From an uncultured bacterium (lineage in GTDB: Bacteria > Cyanobacteriota > Vampirovibrionia > Gastranaerophilales > Gastranaerophilaceae): a stretch of 64,000 bases of DNA. Positions within the stretch are counted from its first letter, which is position 1, and each line of letters starts with the position of its first letter. The translations under genes were made by a program, and so were the position numbers. The DNA lies in assembly GCA_949300485.1 (NCBI GenBank), contig CASGEL010000005.1, positions 88,453-152,452 of the forward strand, written 5' to 3'. Positions 40,801-49,244 of this stretch are shown here, one piece after another. The notes under the pieces were generated by a model. That model was not told the DNA's origin and made no database searches. It was given only the letters and a program-made list of their open reading frames with translations.

Positions 40801-41772
40801 GTTTTAAAATCAATAACAGAAATCCTATCAAAGCATCCTGATTATACTGTTGGTGTATTATTGAGAAATAATTTTCAGGTTGCTTCCTGGCAGAATTTGA
40901 TTGAAAACAGTGGCTTAAAAGTTATTACAAGAAATCAGTGTCTTGAACAGAAGTCTATTTTTAGGGTTATATTTGCGGTATTAAAAATGGTTCTATCTCC
41001 TTTTGATAATGAAGTTATAGCCTCCAATTACGAAATACTTGCAGATTCGGGATTTTATAAACGGGGGTTGGATAATGAAATAAGAAAATATGAAAATCCG
41101 TTTATTCAGATTAATGCTGATTATATTGATAATTCTGTTTTAGAACAATTTTATTGGGATTTGAACTATTGGATTTCACTTTGCTATCTTCCGCCGAATG
41201 AGCTGGCTGTTAAAATAGGTATGGGATTTTTTAAGAATGATATTGAAAAATCAAATATACATCTGATTTCAACTCTTATAAAACGAATTTGCATAAGGAA
41301 TAATTCTTTAGAATATGCAGTTTCACGTCTTGCGGAATTATCTAAAAAACCAAACTTAAGCGGATTTAAGTTTTTTTCTGAGGAAGATGAAGATGATAAA
41401 TCTTATTTGGCAGGTAAAGTGCAGATTATGACAATGCACAAATCAAAAGGGGATGAGTTTGATGTTGTGTTTATTCCTGAATTAACCGAAAGAAACCTGC
41501 CGCTCACTATAAATTCTATCAGTCTGAAGTCTTCTGAGTTTATAGAATCAGTAAAAAAACTTAATCCTGATTATAAACCTAAATCAGAATATGAACTTAA
41601 GCAGGAAATTCTATCAGAGAATTTGCGGCTTTTGTATGTTGCTATAACAAGAGCAAAGCAGAAATTATATATAACAGTCAGTAAAAAATCAAAAAATCGT
41701 TTTAATAAAGAACAAAAGCAGGGGATAAATGTTATATTTGAACAGTTGTTGGGGGTAGTTGAAAATGTTTAG
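37891..41772 (+). CDS. Fused AddB-like (degenerate P-loop) plus UvrD/AddA-like SF1 helicase, no nuclease domain
   Basis: N-half: GSITSNKT instead of a Walker A, and LLVDDADE. C-half: AVPGAGKTT, YIIEDEAQDSS, VQIMTMHKSKGDEFDVVFIPEL, RLLYVAITRAKQKLYI. Confidence 0.75.
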   Translation: MNLLIDGSITSNKTEFLIEKYSELINNGVKTSEILVIVQNSTLKNSFIDEVFKKIEVSCIEKLQVYSFYSLVYNAVSDNWAFLEDRNIFDNPVILPNLAGLEVSQFILKDILNEVKFRGYNSRMSLLHQIFRRYSLIVQNNLTQSDINKRAEILKEGFSEDASLVIKKFLKKTLELRDFDYLRQCLMFNFIYKNTDYFKNIKYLLVDDADECTPICIDFIEYLSKQLKDVYIAVDPLGSSRCGYLSADKNNFEKLKSIFKNSQIIKLEDSSSVDALNLYKNSCYDENNILNMFEYDSYSKRSNMADAALDKVINLLKNKVLPCEIAVISPVVDDMLKFTLRENLKANVNLLYLSGSEKLIQNRLVQAAITVLKLNTELKNSLSEFDIRVILSEFLQIPLKYCAEILSEFNTSKELIPYEFKDETYTEKYCKFLTLVERLAVSEEKLSEQIILIYKELSSLGVVKSSELNKFNFFVKEIVDFENIFGQNFNRRKSEIILQIENSIIAENPYSVLEIKKNDLVVSTPQKIIDNHIKTKYQIWLDISSSEWIKSDTGPLYNAWVFQKDWDKPDYTIEDNINLSKDKTARVLRKLTLCASDKIYCYSSLFDSNGIENYGGIEPYIIVHSQDEKNKEDDKPQFKIVPRPDQKPVLDYKNGYMGISAVPGAGKTTILLALIINLLERGINPENIFVLTYMDSAARNFRERIKNVRKNSSKLPNISTIHGLALRILKENGNYEKLGLSSDFEICDDSQRGRILREISSKLKIESKTAEEFDRAVSVFKIGGGSFESSISDIKLKKFKAFYDAYTDNLKEYNLIDYDDMLTGSVKILKENPDILAHYQNICEYIIEDEAQDSSSVQQELISLLSGKHKNIIRCGDVNQSITATFSNADVDGFRNFITENNNVSMNCSQRCTKDVWTLANKLVEKASLNSESKNSFFKMYMQPVEGKNPQSINAVTPMIFESVIDEKNYVLKSITEILSKHPDYTVGVLLRNNFQVASWQNLIENSGLKVITRNQCLEQKSIFRVIFAVLKMVLSPFDNEVIASNYEILADSGFYKRGLDNEIRKYENPFIQINADYIDNSVLEQFYWDLNYWISLCYLPPNELAVKIGMGFFKNDIEKSNIHLISTLIKRICIRNNSLEYAVSRLAELSKKPNLSGFKFFSEEDEDDKSYLAGKVQIMTMHKSKGDEFDVVFIPELTERNLPLTINSISLKSSEFIESVKKLNPDYKPKSEYELKQEILSENLRLLYVAITRAKQKLYITVSKKSKNRFNKEQKQGINVIFEQLLGVVENV

Positions 41773-42415
41773 TATTTATTCGCCTAATATGTTAAAAACT
41801 TACGAACAGTGTCCGAGAAAGTTTTTTTACAGATATATTTCAAATCTCAATGTTCCTGTTTCATCACTGCCTTTTGAGAAGGGTAAAAAAATACATGCTC
41901 TTGCAAACTACTTTTTAAAAGGGGTAAATATTTCCCGAATAGAAACTGCTTTGGCTCCTGCTGAAGCTGAAATTTGGCATACCCTGCTTGATAATCCGTT
42001 TTTTCAAAAAGATTGTCTTCAGTCAGAATATCAACTGTCTTGTAAAATTGGTGAATTTTGGATAGGCGGAAGGCTTGATGCTGTAGTTCATGATTATGAA
42101 CAGTATTATATTTTGGATTATAAAACTGGTTCTGTTCCTAAAAATCCCGAGTATGATTATCAAACAATGATTTATTTATTGAGTATGGATAAATTATTGA
42201 ACGGTAAGTATGAGTCGCTTTCTTTTGTTTATATAAATCTTAAAGAAAAAAATAATTATGTAATTGAATTTAATGATAAATTAAGACTTGATTATCAGGA
42301 ACGAATTATAAATATCTGCGACAAAATAAATACAGATACGATATATCAGGGCATAAGTTCTAATTGTAAATCGTGTGAATTTGTAAATATCTGCGATTCT
42401 TCCTGTGTTATTTAG
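41759..42415 (+). CDS. PD-(D/E)XK nuclease with Cas4/AddB-type Fe-S cysteines
   Basis: C18 (EQCPRKFFYRY), GGRLDAV...ILDYKTG (D...D-x-K), YQTMIY, and C-terminal CKSCEFVNIC (CX2CX5C). Overlaps the helicase stop by 14 nt. Confidence 0.75.
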   Translation: MKMFSIYSPNMLKTYEQCPRKFFYRYISNLNVPVSSLPFEKGKKIHALANYFLKGVNISRIETALAPAEAEIWHTLLDNPFFQKDCLQSEYQLSCKIGEFWIGGRLDAVVHDYEQYYILDYKTGSVPKNPEYDYQTMIYLLSMDKLLNGKYESLSFVYINLKEKNNYVIEFNDKLRLDYQERIINICDKINTDTIYQGISSNCKSCEFVNICDSSCVI

Positions 42416-43223
42416 TGAAATCTTTCATTTTATTACCTGTTTGGTTTTGGTAGTTCATACAGGTTGCATAATAAAAGTATGTTAGTCTAAGGTCTTTATT
42501 TTCAAATTTGATTTTATTATTCAGTTTAAATTTTTTATTTTTAAAATAGTTTTCGGAATGAATTTCTTTATCATTATCAGAATAGATACCGAGGTATGCT
42601 AAGTTTGCTGCACCATTTTTGCAGTCACATATATATAATTCTTTTGTGTATTCAAAATTTAATTTATCAGTGCTTATAGGGTGTATCAGTTGAAAGTGTG
42701 CGTCTTTGTATACTTTAAACCAGCCTAGTGCATAATTGTTTTTGAAGTTTAAGCTGTCCGGGTATAGATATATAGTTTCTTTAGAAATATTTATATTCTC
42801 ATTTTTTATAAGAATATTTTTGATTTCATTTTTTCTTTTTATTGAAAGCTTTATCTTTTTGGGTGAGTTCAGGTATTGAGATTTTATAAGTATTTTAAAA
42901 TTGGTTATGTTGTCTTTGAGTTTTTCATTATTTATTTCTAATATTATATCCCCTATTTTTAGTCCGGCTTTTTGTGCATTAGAATCAGGTATGATTTTAA
43001 TTATTTTTTGTTTTTTATCTTTAGTTCCTATTGATGTATATCCGAAAGATACAGGGTGTTCTTTGTACTTATCTCTGTATTTTACAGATTGATATAAGTC
43101 ATTGTATGAAAATCCTGTATTATCATTAAATAAATATTTTGGAGTTATTAAATAGAATATGCTTGCTGTAAATGTAATTAGCAAAATTGATATTGCAATT
43201 AAGATAATAGTATTTATTTTCAT
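42408..43223 (-). CDS. Membrane-anchored PDZ domain protein
   Basis: N-terminal TM. PDZ segment DSNAQKAGLKIGDIILEINNEKL. Confidence 0.6.
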   Translation of the reverse strand: MKINTIILIAISILLITFTASIFYLITPKYLFNDNTGFSYNDLYQSVKYRDKYKEHPVSFGYTSIGTKDKKQKIIKIIPDSNAQKAGLKIGDIILEINNEKLKDNITNFKILIKSQYLNSPKKIKLSIKRKNEIKNILIKNENINISKETIYLYPDSLNFKNNYALGWFKVYKDAHFQLIHPISTDKLNFEYTKELYICDCKNGAANLAYLGIYSDNDKEIHSENYFKNKKFKLNNKIKFENKDLRLTYFYYATCMNYQNQTGNKMKDFTK

Positions 43224-43251
43224 AAATCATGAACTCCATAATTTTATATAT

Positions 43252-43785
43252 TTATTGTAATATTATCAGTGTTTTGTCTAAAACGGCATATTTTAGTGCT
43301 TTACAGATATTAATGAACCAGTCTTTATATTTCTTGAGTTTCCAGTTTGCTTTAGCTCGTAATTGATAAAATATTTGCATTTGGGTATTTAGTTTTTCTT
43401 CAGGCAGTTTTGGATAATCATTTAATATTTGATTGGTATTTATAATTACCTGTTTATAATTACCTGTGTTATCGTAGGTCAATGCTAAGCACCAGTATGC
43501 TCGATTATCAACAGTTGTAAGTTTTTGACATACATCTATAGCTTTATCATATTGCTGTAATGTTATATAGCATCCTGCAAGATTAAGTCTTTCTTCTATA
43601 TTTAAATTTGATTTTTTTTCTAATTCAATCATTTTTGTTTTTTGTTGAGTTAGAATTTGTTCAGGCATTTTGGTAATTGGTCTGTTGTAATATTTATCGA
43701 GTGAAAAATATATTCCAAATCCTGCGGCAATAAAAATAAGAATAATCACAGTAGTTATTGTAATTGTTTTATAAATACTTTTCAT
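43252..43785 (-). CDS. Membrane-anchored TPR-like protein
   Basis: N-terminal TM (ITITTVIILIFIAAGFGIYF). TPR-like helices (LNLAGCYITLQQYDKAIDVCQKL, YWCLALTYDNTGNYKQ). Confidence 0.55.
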   Translation of the reverse strand: MKSIYKTITITTVIILIFIAAGFGIYFSLDKYYNRPITKMPEQILTQQKTKMIELEKKSNLNIEERLNLAGCYITLQQYDKAIDVCQKLTTVDNRAYWCLALTYDNTGNYKQVIINTNQILNDYPKLPEEKLNTQMQIFYQLRAKANWKLKKYKDWFINICKALKYAVLDKTLIILQ

Positions 43786-43812
43786 CTTACAATCAAACTC
43801 CTTTCGTGCAGT

Positions 43813-44727
43813 TTACAGTACTTCTGTTATTGCCGCAATCATTCCGTTTGGAGATGCAATGTTTTTGCCTGCAATGTCAAAAGCTGTTCCATGACCGGGG
43901 GAGGTTCTTATTATATCAAGTCCTATTGTCATATTAACTGTTTCCTCTCCTGCAACTGTTTTTATTGGGATCAATCCTTGGTCATGGTAATTTGCAATAT
44001 AGCAATCGTATTCATCTTTTTCATTATTAAAATAATGTTTTGCCGCTTTTACAAACAGTGTATCAGCCGGCATGGGCATTGTTATATTTATACCGTCTTT
44101 TTGTAATTTTTTCACTGCTGGGATTAGGATATCTATTTCTTCTCGCCCTAAAATTCCGTCTTCTCCTGAATGAGGATTAAATCCGCACAGTGCAAATTTT
44201 GGATTTGAGATTCCGAATTGGTTTTCGAAAGTTTTTACTAAATTCTTAACTTTTTCTATAACCATTTGTTTTGTAATTGTAACATCTTTTAATGCACAGT
44301 GTCTTGTAAGAAGCAGAACTCTGAATTTCTTTGCTACAAAAAGCATTTCTGCCAATTGTCCGTTATGTGATAAAAATTTTTGTAAGATTTCAGTCTGTCC
44401 GTTGTATTTATGTCCGGCAAGGTACAGTGCATTTTTGGCAACAGGAGCTGTTACTATGGCTTTGGGCTTTATTTCACAAACTTTTTTCAAGCTTTGAAAC
44501 GAAAATTCACCTGCTTCTTTGGTAACTTTTCCCGGAGTAACTCCTGTTTCATATGGAATTTCAATGATTTCATAATTTTTGTTTAGTTTACCGTAGTAAT
44601 TCAAAATTTTTTTATTAGATATCAATACTATTTTATTTTCCGGTAAATCCAAAATATTCAGAGCTTTTATTGTTATTTCAGCTCCTATACCATTTGGATC
44701 TCCTGTTGTTATTGCAATTTTATCCAT
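43813..44727 (-). CDS. pdxA2: PdxA-family NAD-dependent 4-phospho-hydroxyacid dehydrogenase (likely PdxA2 type)
   Basis: ITTGDPNGIGAEI, GFNPHSGE, HDQGLIPIK, RTSPGHGTAFDIAGK. Immediately downstream of a DUF1537 kinase. Confidence 0.8.
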   Translation of the reverse strand: MDKIAITTGDPNGIGAEITIKALNILDLPENKIVLISNKKILNYYGKLNKNYEIIEIPYETGVTPGKVTKEAGEFSFQSLKKVCEIKPKAIVTAPVAKNALYLAGHKYNGQTEILQKFLSHNGQLAEMLFVAKKFRVLLLTRHCALKDVTITKQMVIEKVKNLVKTFENQFGISNPKFALCGFNPHSGEDGILGREEIDILIPAVKKLQKDGINITMPMPADTLFVKAAKHYFNNEKDEYDCYIANYHDQGLIPIKTVAGEETVNMTIGLDIIRTSPGHGTAFDIAGKNIASPNGMIAAITEVL

Positions 44728-44729
44728 TT

Positions 44730-46049
44730 TTATTCTTCGTGTTTTTCAAAATAATTAAGAATTTCAATAAGCGTATTAACTCCACCCAAATTACCGGATT
44801 TAGTAACTATCCATTGGTCAGAATTTTCTTTTCTGCTCAATGCAATAGCAGGACATACTTCATCGATAAGCTGAAGTTGATTTGCATTGATTGCTTCACA
44901 ACATTTGTAAGAAGTTTCTCCTCCTAGAGTAATTAATACTGCTTTTTTCTTTTCTAACACTTGTCTTGTTAATTCTGCAAGGTAATCTGTAATTGCGCAG
45001 GCAAGATCAGATTTCGTAAGATCAGCATTACTTGTGTCATCTGCAAATCCGTTAAAATTTCTGAGAAGTTGTGATGTATGTATTAAAACAACATTATCAT
45101 TATTTAAATTTGATATTATTCTATTGACTATTTCGTCATTTACCCCAGCCAGTATAGTATTCAATTCCAGTTCAATTACTAAGCTGTTTTCTTCATACTC
45201 GTCACATTGTTCAAACTTTTCGATTTGGCTTGCTGTAATTTGAGTTGCGCTACCTGAAACTATAAATTTAGGCAGCTTTGGTAATTTTGCGGGTAAAATT
45301 TCGTGGTCTTCTTGTTGAGGAAACCATTCATTACTTAGGATTTTCCCTGTGGCAGCTGTTCCAACAGGCAGAATATTATATCCTGATTTACCCATAGCCA
45401 GAATTATTTGTTCTATATCAGTTGTAGATACAGAGTCTGCCACTATTATTTTAACCCCATCTTCTATCTGTTTATTTATTTGTTTGAGTATTGGACCGGC
45501 TCCGTCCATAATCGTTTTTAATTCCAAACTTCCGACTAAATCTTTAAGATTTTCACCCAGTTGATATTTTAAAAGTGTTGGAAGATGAGATTCATATATT
45601 GGCGAATGGGGATCTCGTGCCATCTCGGTTCGTTCAATTGGAATACCTTTTAACATGTGGTATCCGCCTACAGTGATTCTCCCCTCTTGAGGAAATGCAG
45701 GTATTATTATTGCAGCATCCCATTTAAGCACTTCAAGCATAGACATAACTTCAACTGCGATGTTTCCTCGTATAGTTGAATCAATTTTTTTGTAGAAAAA
45801 GTCAGGATTGAAATTATCTGCAAGAAATTGAGTTGCATTTTTTACTTTTTCAAAGGCTTCTTCAGGTGGGATGTTTCTTGATTCTGTAGAAACAGCCCAT
45901 ATCTGTTGAGTCTTAGCTGATTCATTTTCTATATTAGGATTTAGCAGAATGGTTGTTTCTGCTCCATTTAATTTAAATTGTAATGCGGTATCGTTTGCTC
46001 CTGTTAAATCATCAGCAATGATACCTACGGTATTTGAATTTATTATCAT
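44730..46049 (-). CDS. Four-carbon acid sugar kinase family protein (DUF1537; OtnK/DtnK-like)
   Basis: IIADDLTGANDTALQF N-terminal signature. 439 aa. Paired with the pdxA-family gene. Confidence 0.75.
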   Translation of the reverse strand: MIINSNTVGIIADDLTGANDTALQFKLNGAETTILLNPNIENESAKTQQIWAVSTESRNIPPEEAFEKVKNATQFLADNFNPDFFYKKIDSTIRGNIAVEVMSMLEVLKWDAAIIIPAFPQEGRITVGGYHMLKGIPIERTEMARDPHSPIYESHLPTLLKYQLGENLKDLVGSLELKTIMDGAGPILKQINKQIEDGVKIIVADSVSTTDIEQIILAMGKSGYNILPVGTAATGKILSNEWFPQQEDHEILPAKLPKLPKFIVSGSATQITASQIEKFEQCDEYEENSLVIELELNTILAGVNDEIVNRIISNLNNDNVVLIHTSQLLRNFNGFADDTSNADLTKSDLACAITDYLAELTRQVLEKKKAVLITLGGETSYKCCEAINANQLQLIDEVCPAIALSRKENSDQWIVTKSGNLGGVNTLIEILNYFEKHEE

Positions 46050-46396
46050 AATACAGCTTCTGTTTCTGCGTCCTTTTTAGATCCAAGTAATCTTATAGTA
46101 TTTGCAACAATATAGAAAGATTCTTTTTCCTGACTTGTAACTTTATCAACCCAGCGTCTGTTTGCAATTCGTCCGTCAATAGCTACAAGTCTGCCTTTTT
46201 TTACATATTCCGCAGCAAATTCAGCTTGATTCCCCCAAACTTCAATATTAAACCAATCGGTTACTTCCGATTTTGTCTTAGTGTCCCATCTGTTAACGGC
46301 AACAGAAAATGTAGCTTTTGTTTTTCCAGAATCATACGAATTAAAATTTTCTGAAGCATCTCTGCCTACTCTGCCTACTACTGTAACTGTGTTCAT
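46046..46396 (-). CDS. ssb: Single-stranded DNA-binding protein (short form, no acidic C-terminal tail)
   Basis: MNTVTVVGRVGRD, WFNIEVWGNQAEFAAEYVKKGRLVAIDGRI OB-fold motifs. 116 aa. Confidence 0.85.
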   Translation of the reverse strand: MNTVTVVGRVGRDASENFNSYDSGKTKATFSVAVNRWDTKTKSEVTDWFNIEVWGNQAEFAAEYVKKGRLVAIDGRIANRRWVDKVTSQEKESFYIVANTIRLLGSKKDAETEAVL

Positions 46397-46449
46397 TTTA
46401 TTTACCTTTCGATTTTAATATTATACTGAATATTTTTCATTTGTCCAAA

Positions 46450-47448
46450 TTAATACATTTTGACCAATTTTCTCACTTGAGATAATATCTCTTTTGCTTT
46501 TGTTCTTGCTTTTATTGAACCCTGTTCTATTATTTTTTCGACTTCCTGTGGGTTGTCCTCATAATATTTACGTTTTTCTCTGATTTGAGCAAGTTTTGAG
46601 TTTATTTTATCTCCAAGTTCTCTTTTGCATTGAGCACAGCCTCTTTGTCCTTTTTCGCATTCGCATCTTATAGTTTTTACTTCATCTTCATCACCGAAAA
46701 TTTTCCAATATTTGAATGCAACTTCACACTCATCAGGATGCCCTAAGTCATCTTTGCGAAGTCTTGATCTGTCTGTAATTGCGGTCATTATTTTTTTAGA
46801 AGTCACTTCTGCGGTGTCAGAAATTTTTATATCGTTATTAAAAGATTTGCCCATTTTGTTTCCATCTAGACCACAAATTAGAGAACAATGATTTAATAGA
46901 GGCTTGGCTTCGTTGAAAAATTCTCCGTATAAGTTATTAAATCTTCTTGTAATATCTCGTGTGATTTCAATATGGGCAACTTGATCTATTCCTACAGGAA
47001 CATAGTCAGCATTAAACATCATGATATCTGAACTCATTAAAACCGGATATCCCATTAAACCAAAGTTAATTTGGGAAGATTGACCTTCTTTTGTTTTTAA
47101 AATTTTAGCCATATCTTTAAGACAAGGATCTCTTTCAACCCAATTTTGCGGAGTAATCATTCCAAGATATATGTTTAGTTCTGCGATTTCAGGAACTAGA
47201 GATTGGACATATATTGTTGATTTTTCAGGGTCAATTCCGCATGCCAACCAATCCATAATAACATCCAAAGTGTTTTGTTTTAGGTCGTCTGTTTTATCAT
47301 ATTTTGTAGTCAAGGCATGCCAGTCTGCTGCAAAAAAATAGCAATCATATTTGTCTTGTAATTCTACCCAGTTTTGAATAACTCCCAAATAATGTCCGAG
47401 ATGGAGTTTTCCTGTAGGTCTCATGCCTGATACTATTGTTTGTTTCAT
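46450..47448 (-). CDS. trpS: Tryptophan--tRNA ligase with a C-x22-C-x6-C-x2-C motif
   Basis: KLHLGHY (HIGH) and KMGKS (KMSKS). Cys241, 264, 271 and 274. Confidence 0.95.
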   Translation of the reverse strand: MKQTIVSGMRPTGKLHLGHYLGVIQNWVELQDKYDCYFFAADWHALTTKYDKTDDLKQNTLDVIMDWLACGIDPEKSTIYVQSLVPEIAELNIYLGMITPQNWVERDPCLKDMAKILKTKEGQSSQINFGLMGYPVLMSSDIMMFNADYVPVGIDQVAHIEITRDITRRFNNLYGEFFNEAKPLLNHCSLICGLDGNKMGKSFNNDIKISDTAEVTSKKIMTAITDRSRLRKDDLGHPDECEVAFKYWKIFGDEDEVKTIRCECEKGQRGCAQCKRELGDKINSKLAQIREKRKYYEDNPQEVEKIIEQGSIKARTKAKEILSQVRKLVKMY

Positions 47449-47596
47449 AAAACAGTCCTTTCTATTACTGTTTTATTATATAACAAAGGGGGAAAAAGAT
47501 ATAAAAAGGGGTAAATATTTGTAAATTTATTATTTTCCAAAAATTTATACAATATAGTATATGTCTGTAAATATTGAATATAACTTTTGAAAAATT

Positions 47597-48331
47597 TTAA
47601 GCAATATAGAAGACAAGATTTATTAAAAAATCTGCAATAAGCATGTATATTGTTGAAAGAATAGCGGCTTGGGTTGTTGATGTTCCGACTTCTTTTGCTC
47701 CGCCTCTTGTTTCATAGCCTTTTGTTGCGCAGACTAACGCTATCAAGGCTCCAAATATGCAAGCTTTTAGAAGGCTTATATAAATATCTTTCGTTGCCAG
47801 CCAGGCCCAAACAGAGGCCATGTATCTGGCCGGATTTAGGTTAATGGTACCCAAGGCAACAAACATTCCGCCTAAAATTCCTACAAATTCTGCAATTATA
47901 ACAACCATTGGAACTGTTATTGCGGATGATAGAATTCTTGGTGTAAAATAGTACCCCACAGGATCTATTTTTAAGGTTTTTATAGCATCTACTTGAGATG
48001 TAACTTGCATATTTGCAATTTCGGCAGATATTGCGGTTCCAGCTCTTGCTCCGATTGCAAGTGCAACAAATCCCGGGGCAATTTCTCTTATCATAACAAT
48101 TGCTATAGTTCCTCCAATATAGGCTTCAGCACCAGTCATAAGAAATTCTTTTGAAACTTGAATGGTGATGACGGCTGCAGATATGAATGCAATAATAAGT
48201 GATATCGGAAGAGAGTCATAGCTTATTGCGGCGGCTTGAGATACGATTGTTCGGAATTTTACATTACCGTCTATAACGTATTTTAAGCATTTTATAAAGT
48301 TTTGAACACACAATCCTAAAAATTTAATCAA
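47597..48331 (-). CDS. mlaE: MlaE/TGD1-family lipid ABC transporter permease
   Basis: TTG start. SLPISLIIAFISAAVITIQ, REIAPGFVALAIGARAGTAISAEIANMQVTSQVDA. Confidence 0.85.
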   Translation of the reverse strand: MIKFLGLCVQNFIKCLKYVIDGNVKFRTIVSQAAAISYDSLPISLIIAFISAAVITIQVSKEFLMTGAEAYIGGTIAIVMIREIAPGFVALAIGARAGTAISAEIANMQVTSQVDAIKTLKIDPVGYYFTPRILSSAITVPMVVIIAEFVGILGGMFVALGTINLNPARYMASVWAWLATKDIYISLLKACIFGALIALVCATKGYETRGGAKEVGTSTTQAAILSTIYMLIADFLINLVFYIA

Positions 48332-48402
48332 GATCCTCTAGCCCTTTTCTTTTTCTGAATATAACATAAAAAATATTAAAGGGCTAGAAGTCGGAGATTT
48401 TC

Positions 48403-49095
48403 CTATTTTTCTTTTGTCGAATCTGCGATTTTATGTTTATCTACTGAGGCAATGAATTTGACCGCTTCATTTGATGGAATCGCAAAACCAATACCTATGT
48501 TTGAAATATTATGATCCGGATTATATATTGATTGGCTTATTCCTATTACTTCACCTGTTGAATTTAGTAATGGTCCGCCCGAGCACCCAGGATTTATTGC
48601 AGCATCAGTCTGAAATCTGTTTTTAACATAGTCGATTCTTGAGATTATCCCTTGTGTTAATGTGTTTGAAAAGCCAAACGGGTTTCCTATGGTTAAAACT
48701 TTTTGACCGACTTTTACTTCTTCTGAATCTCCGAAGGAAACAGTTTGAAGAGGTTTTTGCGGATTGATTTTTATAAGTGCAAGGTCTTTATTTTTCCCTA
48801 CCTGAGCGACAAGTTTTGCCTTGTAGGTTTGTCCGTTGTGAGTAGTTACGTCAATGCTTTTGTAATTTTCTACGACATGTGAGCCTGTTAATATAAGACC
48901 ATCAGAGCTTACAATACATCCTGTGCCTGCCGAAATTCCGTCTGATACTTGTGCTTCTATTGCAACAATCGCAGGACTGATTTTTTCATATACATTTATA
49001 TTTATCTGTTCTTCAGGGCCGTAATTTACTTGCGCAACTACTGTATTTATACCTAGTAATATCATTGTAAATAATAATAAAATCTTTTTTTTCAT
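48403..49095 (-). CDS. Secreted trypsin-like (S1C) serine protease without a PDZ domain
   Basis: Signal peptide. GSHVV (His), DLALIKI (Asp), NPGCSGGPLLN (Ser). Confidence 0.85.
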   Translation of the reverse strand: MKKKILLLFTMILLGINTVVAQVNYGPEEQININVYEKISPAIVAIEAQVSDGISAGTGCIVSSDGLILTGSHVVENYKSIDVTTHNGQTYKAKLVAQVGKNKDLALIKINPQKPLQTVSFGDSEEVKVGQKVLTIGNPFGFSNTLTQGIISRIDYVKNRFQTDAAINPGCSGGPLLNSTGEVIGISQSIYNPDHNISNIGIGFAIPSNEAVKFIASVDKHKIADSTKEK

Positions 49096-49174
49096 AGTTA
49101 CCTCTTTTAAGACAATTATTTTTTTTATTAAACCTAAAATGAATTCTCTCAGATGCTTTTTTTTCGGTTACTTC

Positions 49175-49203
49175 TTGAAAATATTAAAATTTTAATGTAT
49201 AAT
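49175..49203 (+). promoter_or_regulatory. Sigma70-type promoter for 49245-50003
   Basis: TTGAAA (49175-49180), 17-nt spacer, TATAAT (49198-49203). AAGGAG RBS before the ATG. Confidence 0.6.
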
Positions 49204-49244
49204 TCAGGAAACATTATGTTTGAGATTTTAATAAGGAGAAATTT

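Noticed and set aside
47449-47596. Possible T-box leader upstream of trpS.
   Set aside because: Only about 148 nt are available. I saw no T-box consensus (AGGGTGGNACCGCG-like) and no specifier or antiterminator architecture.
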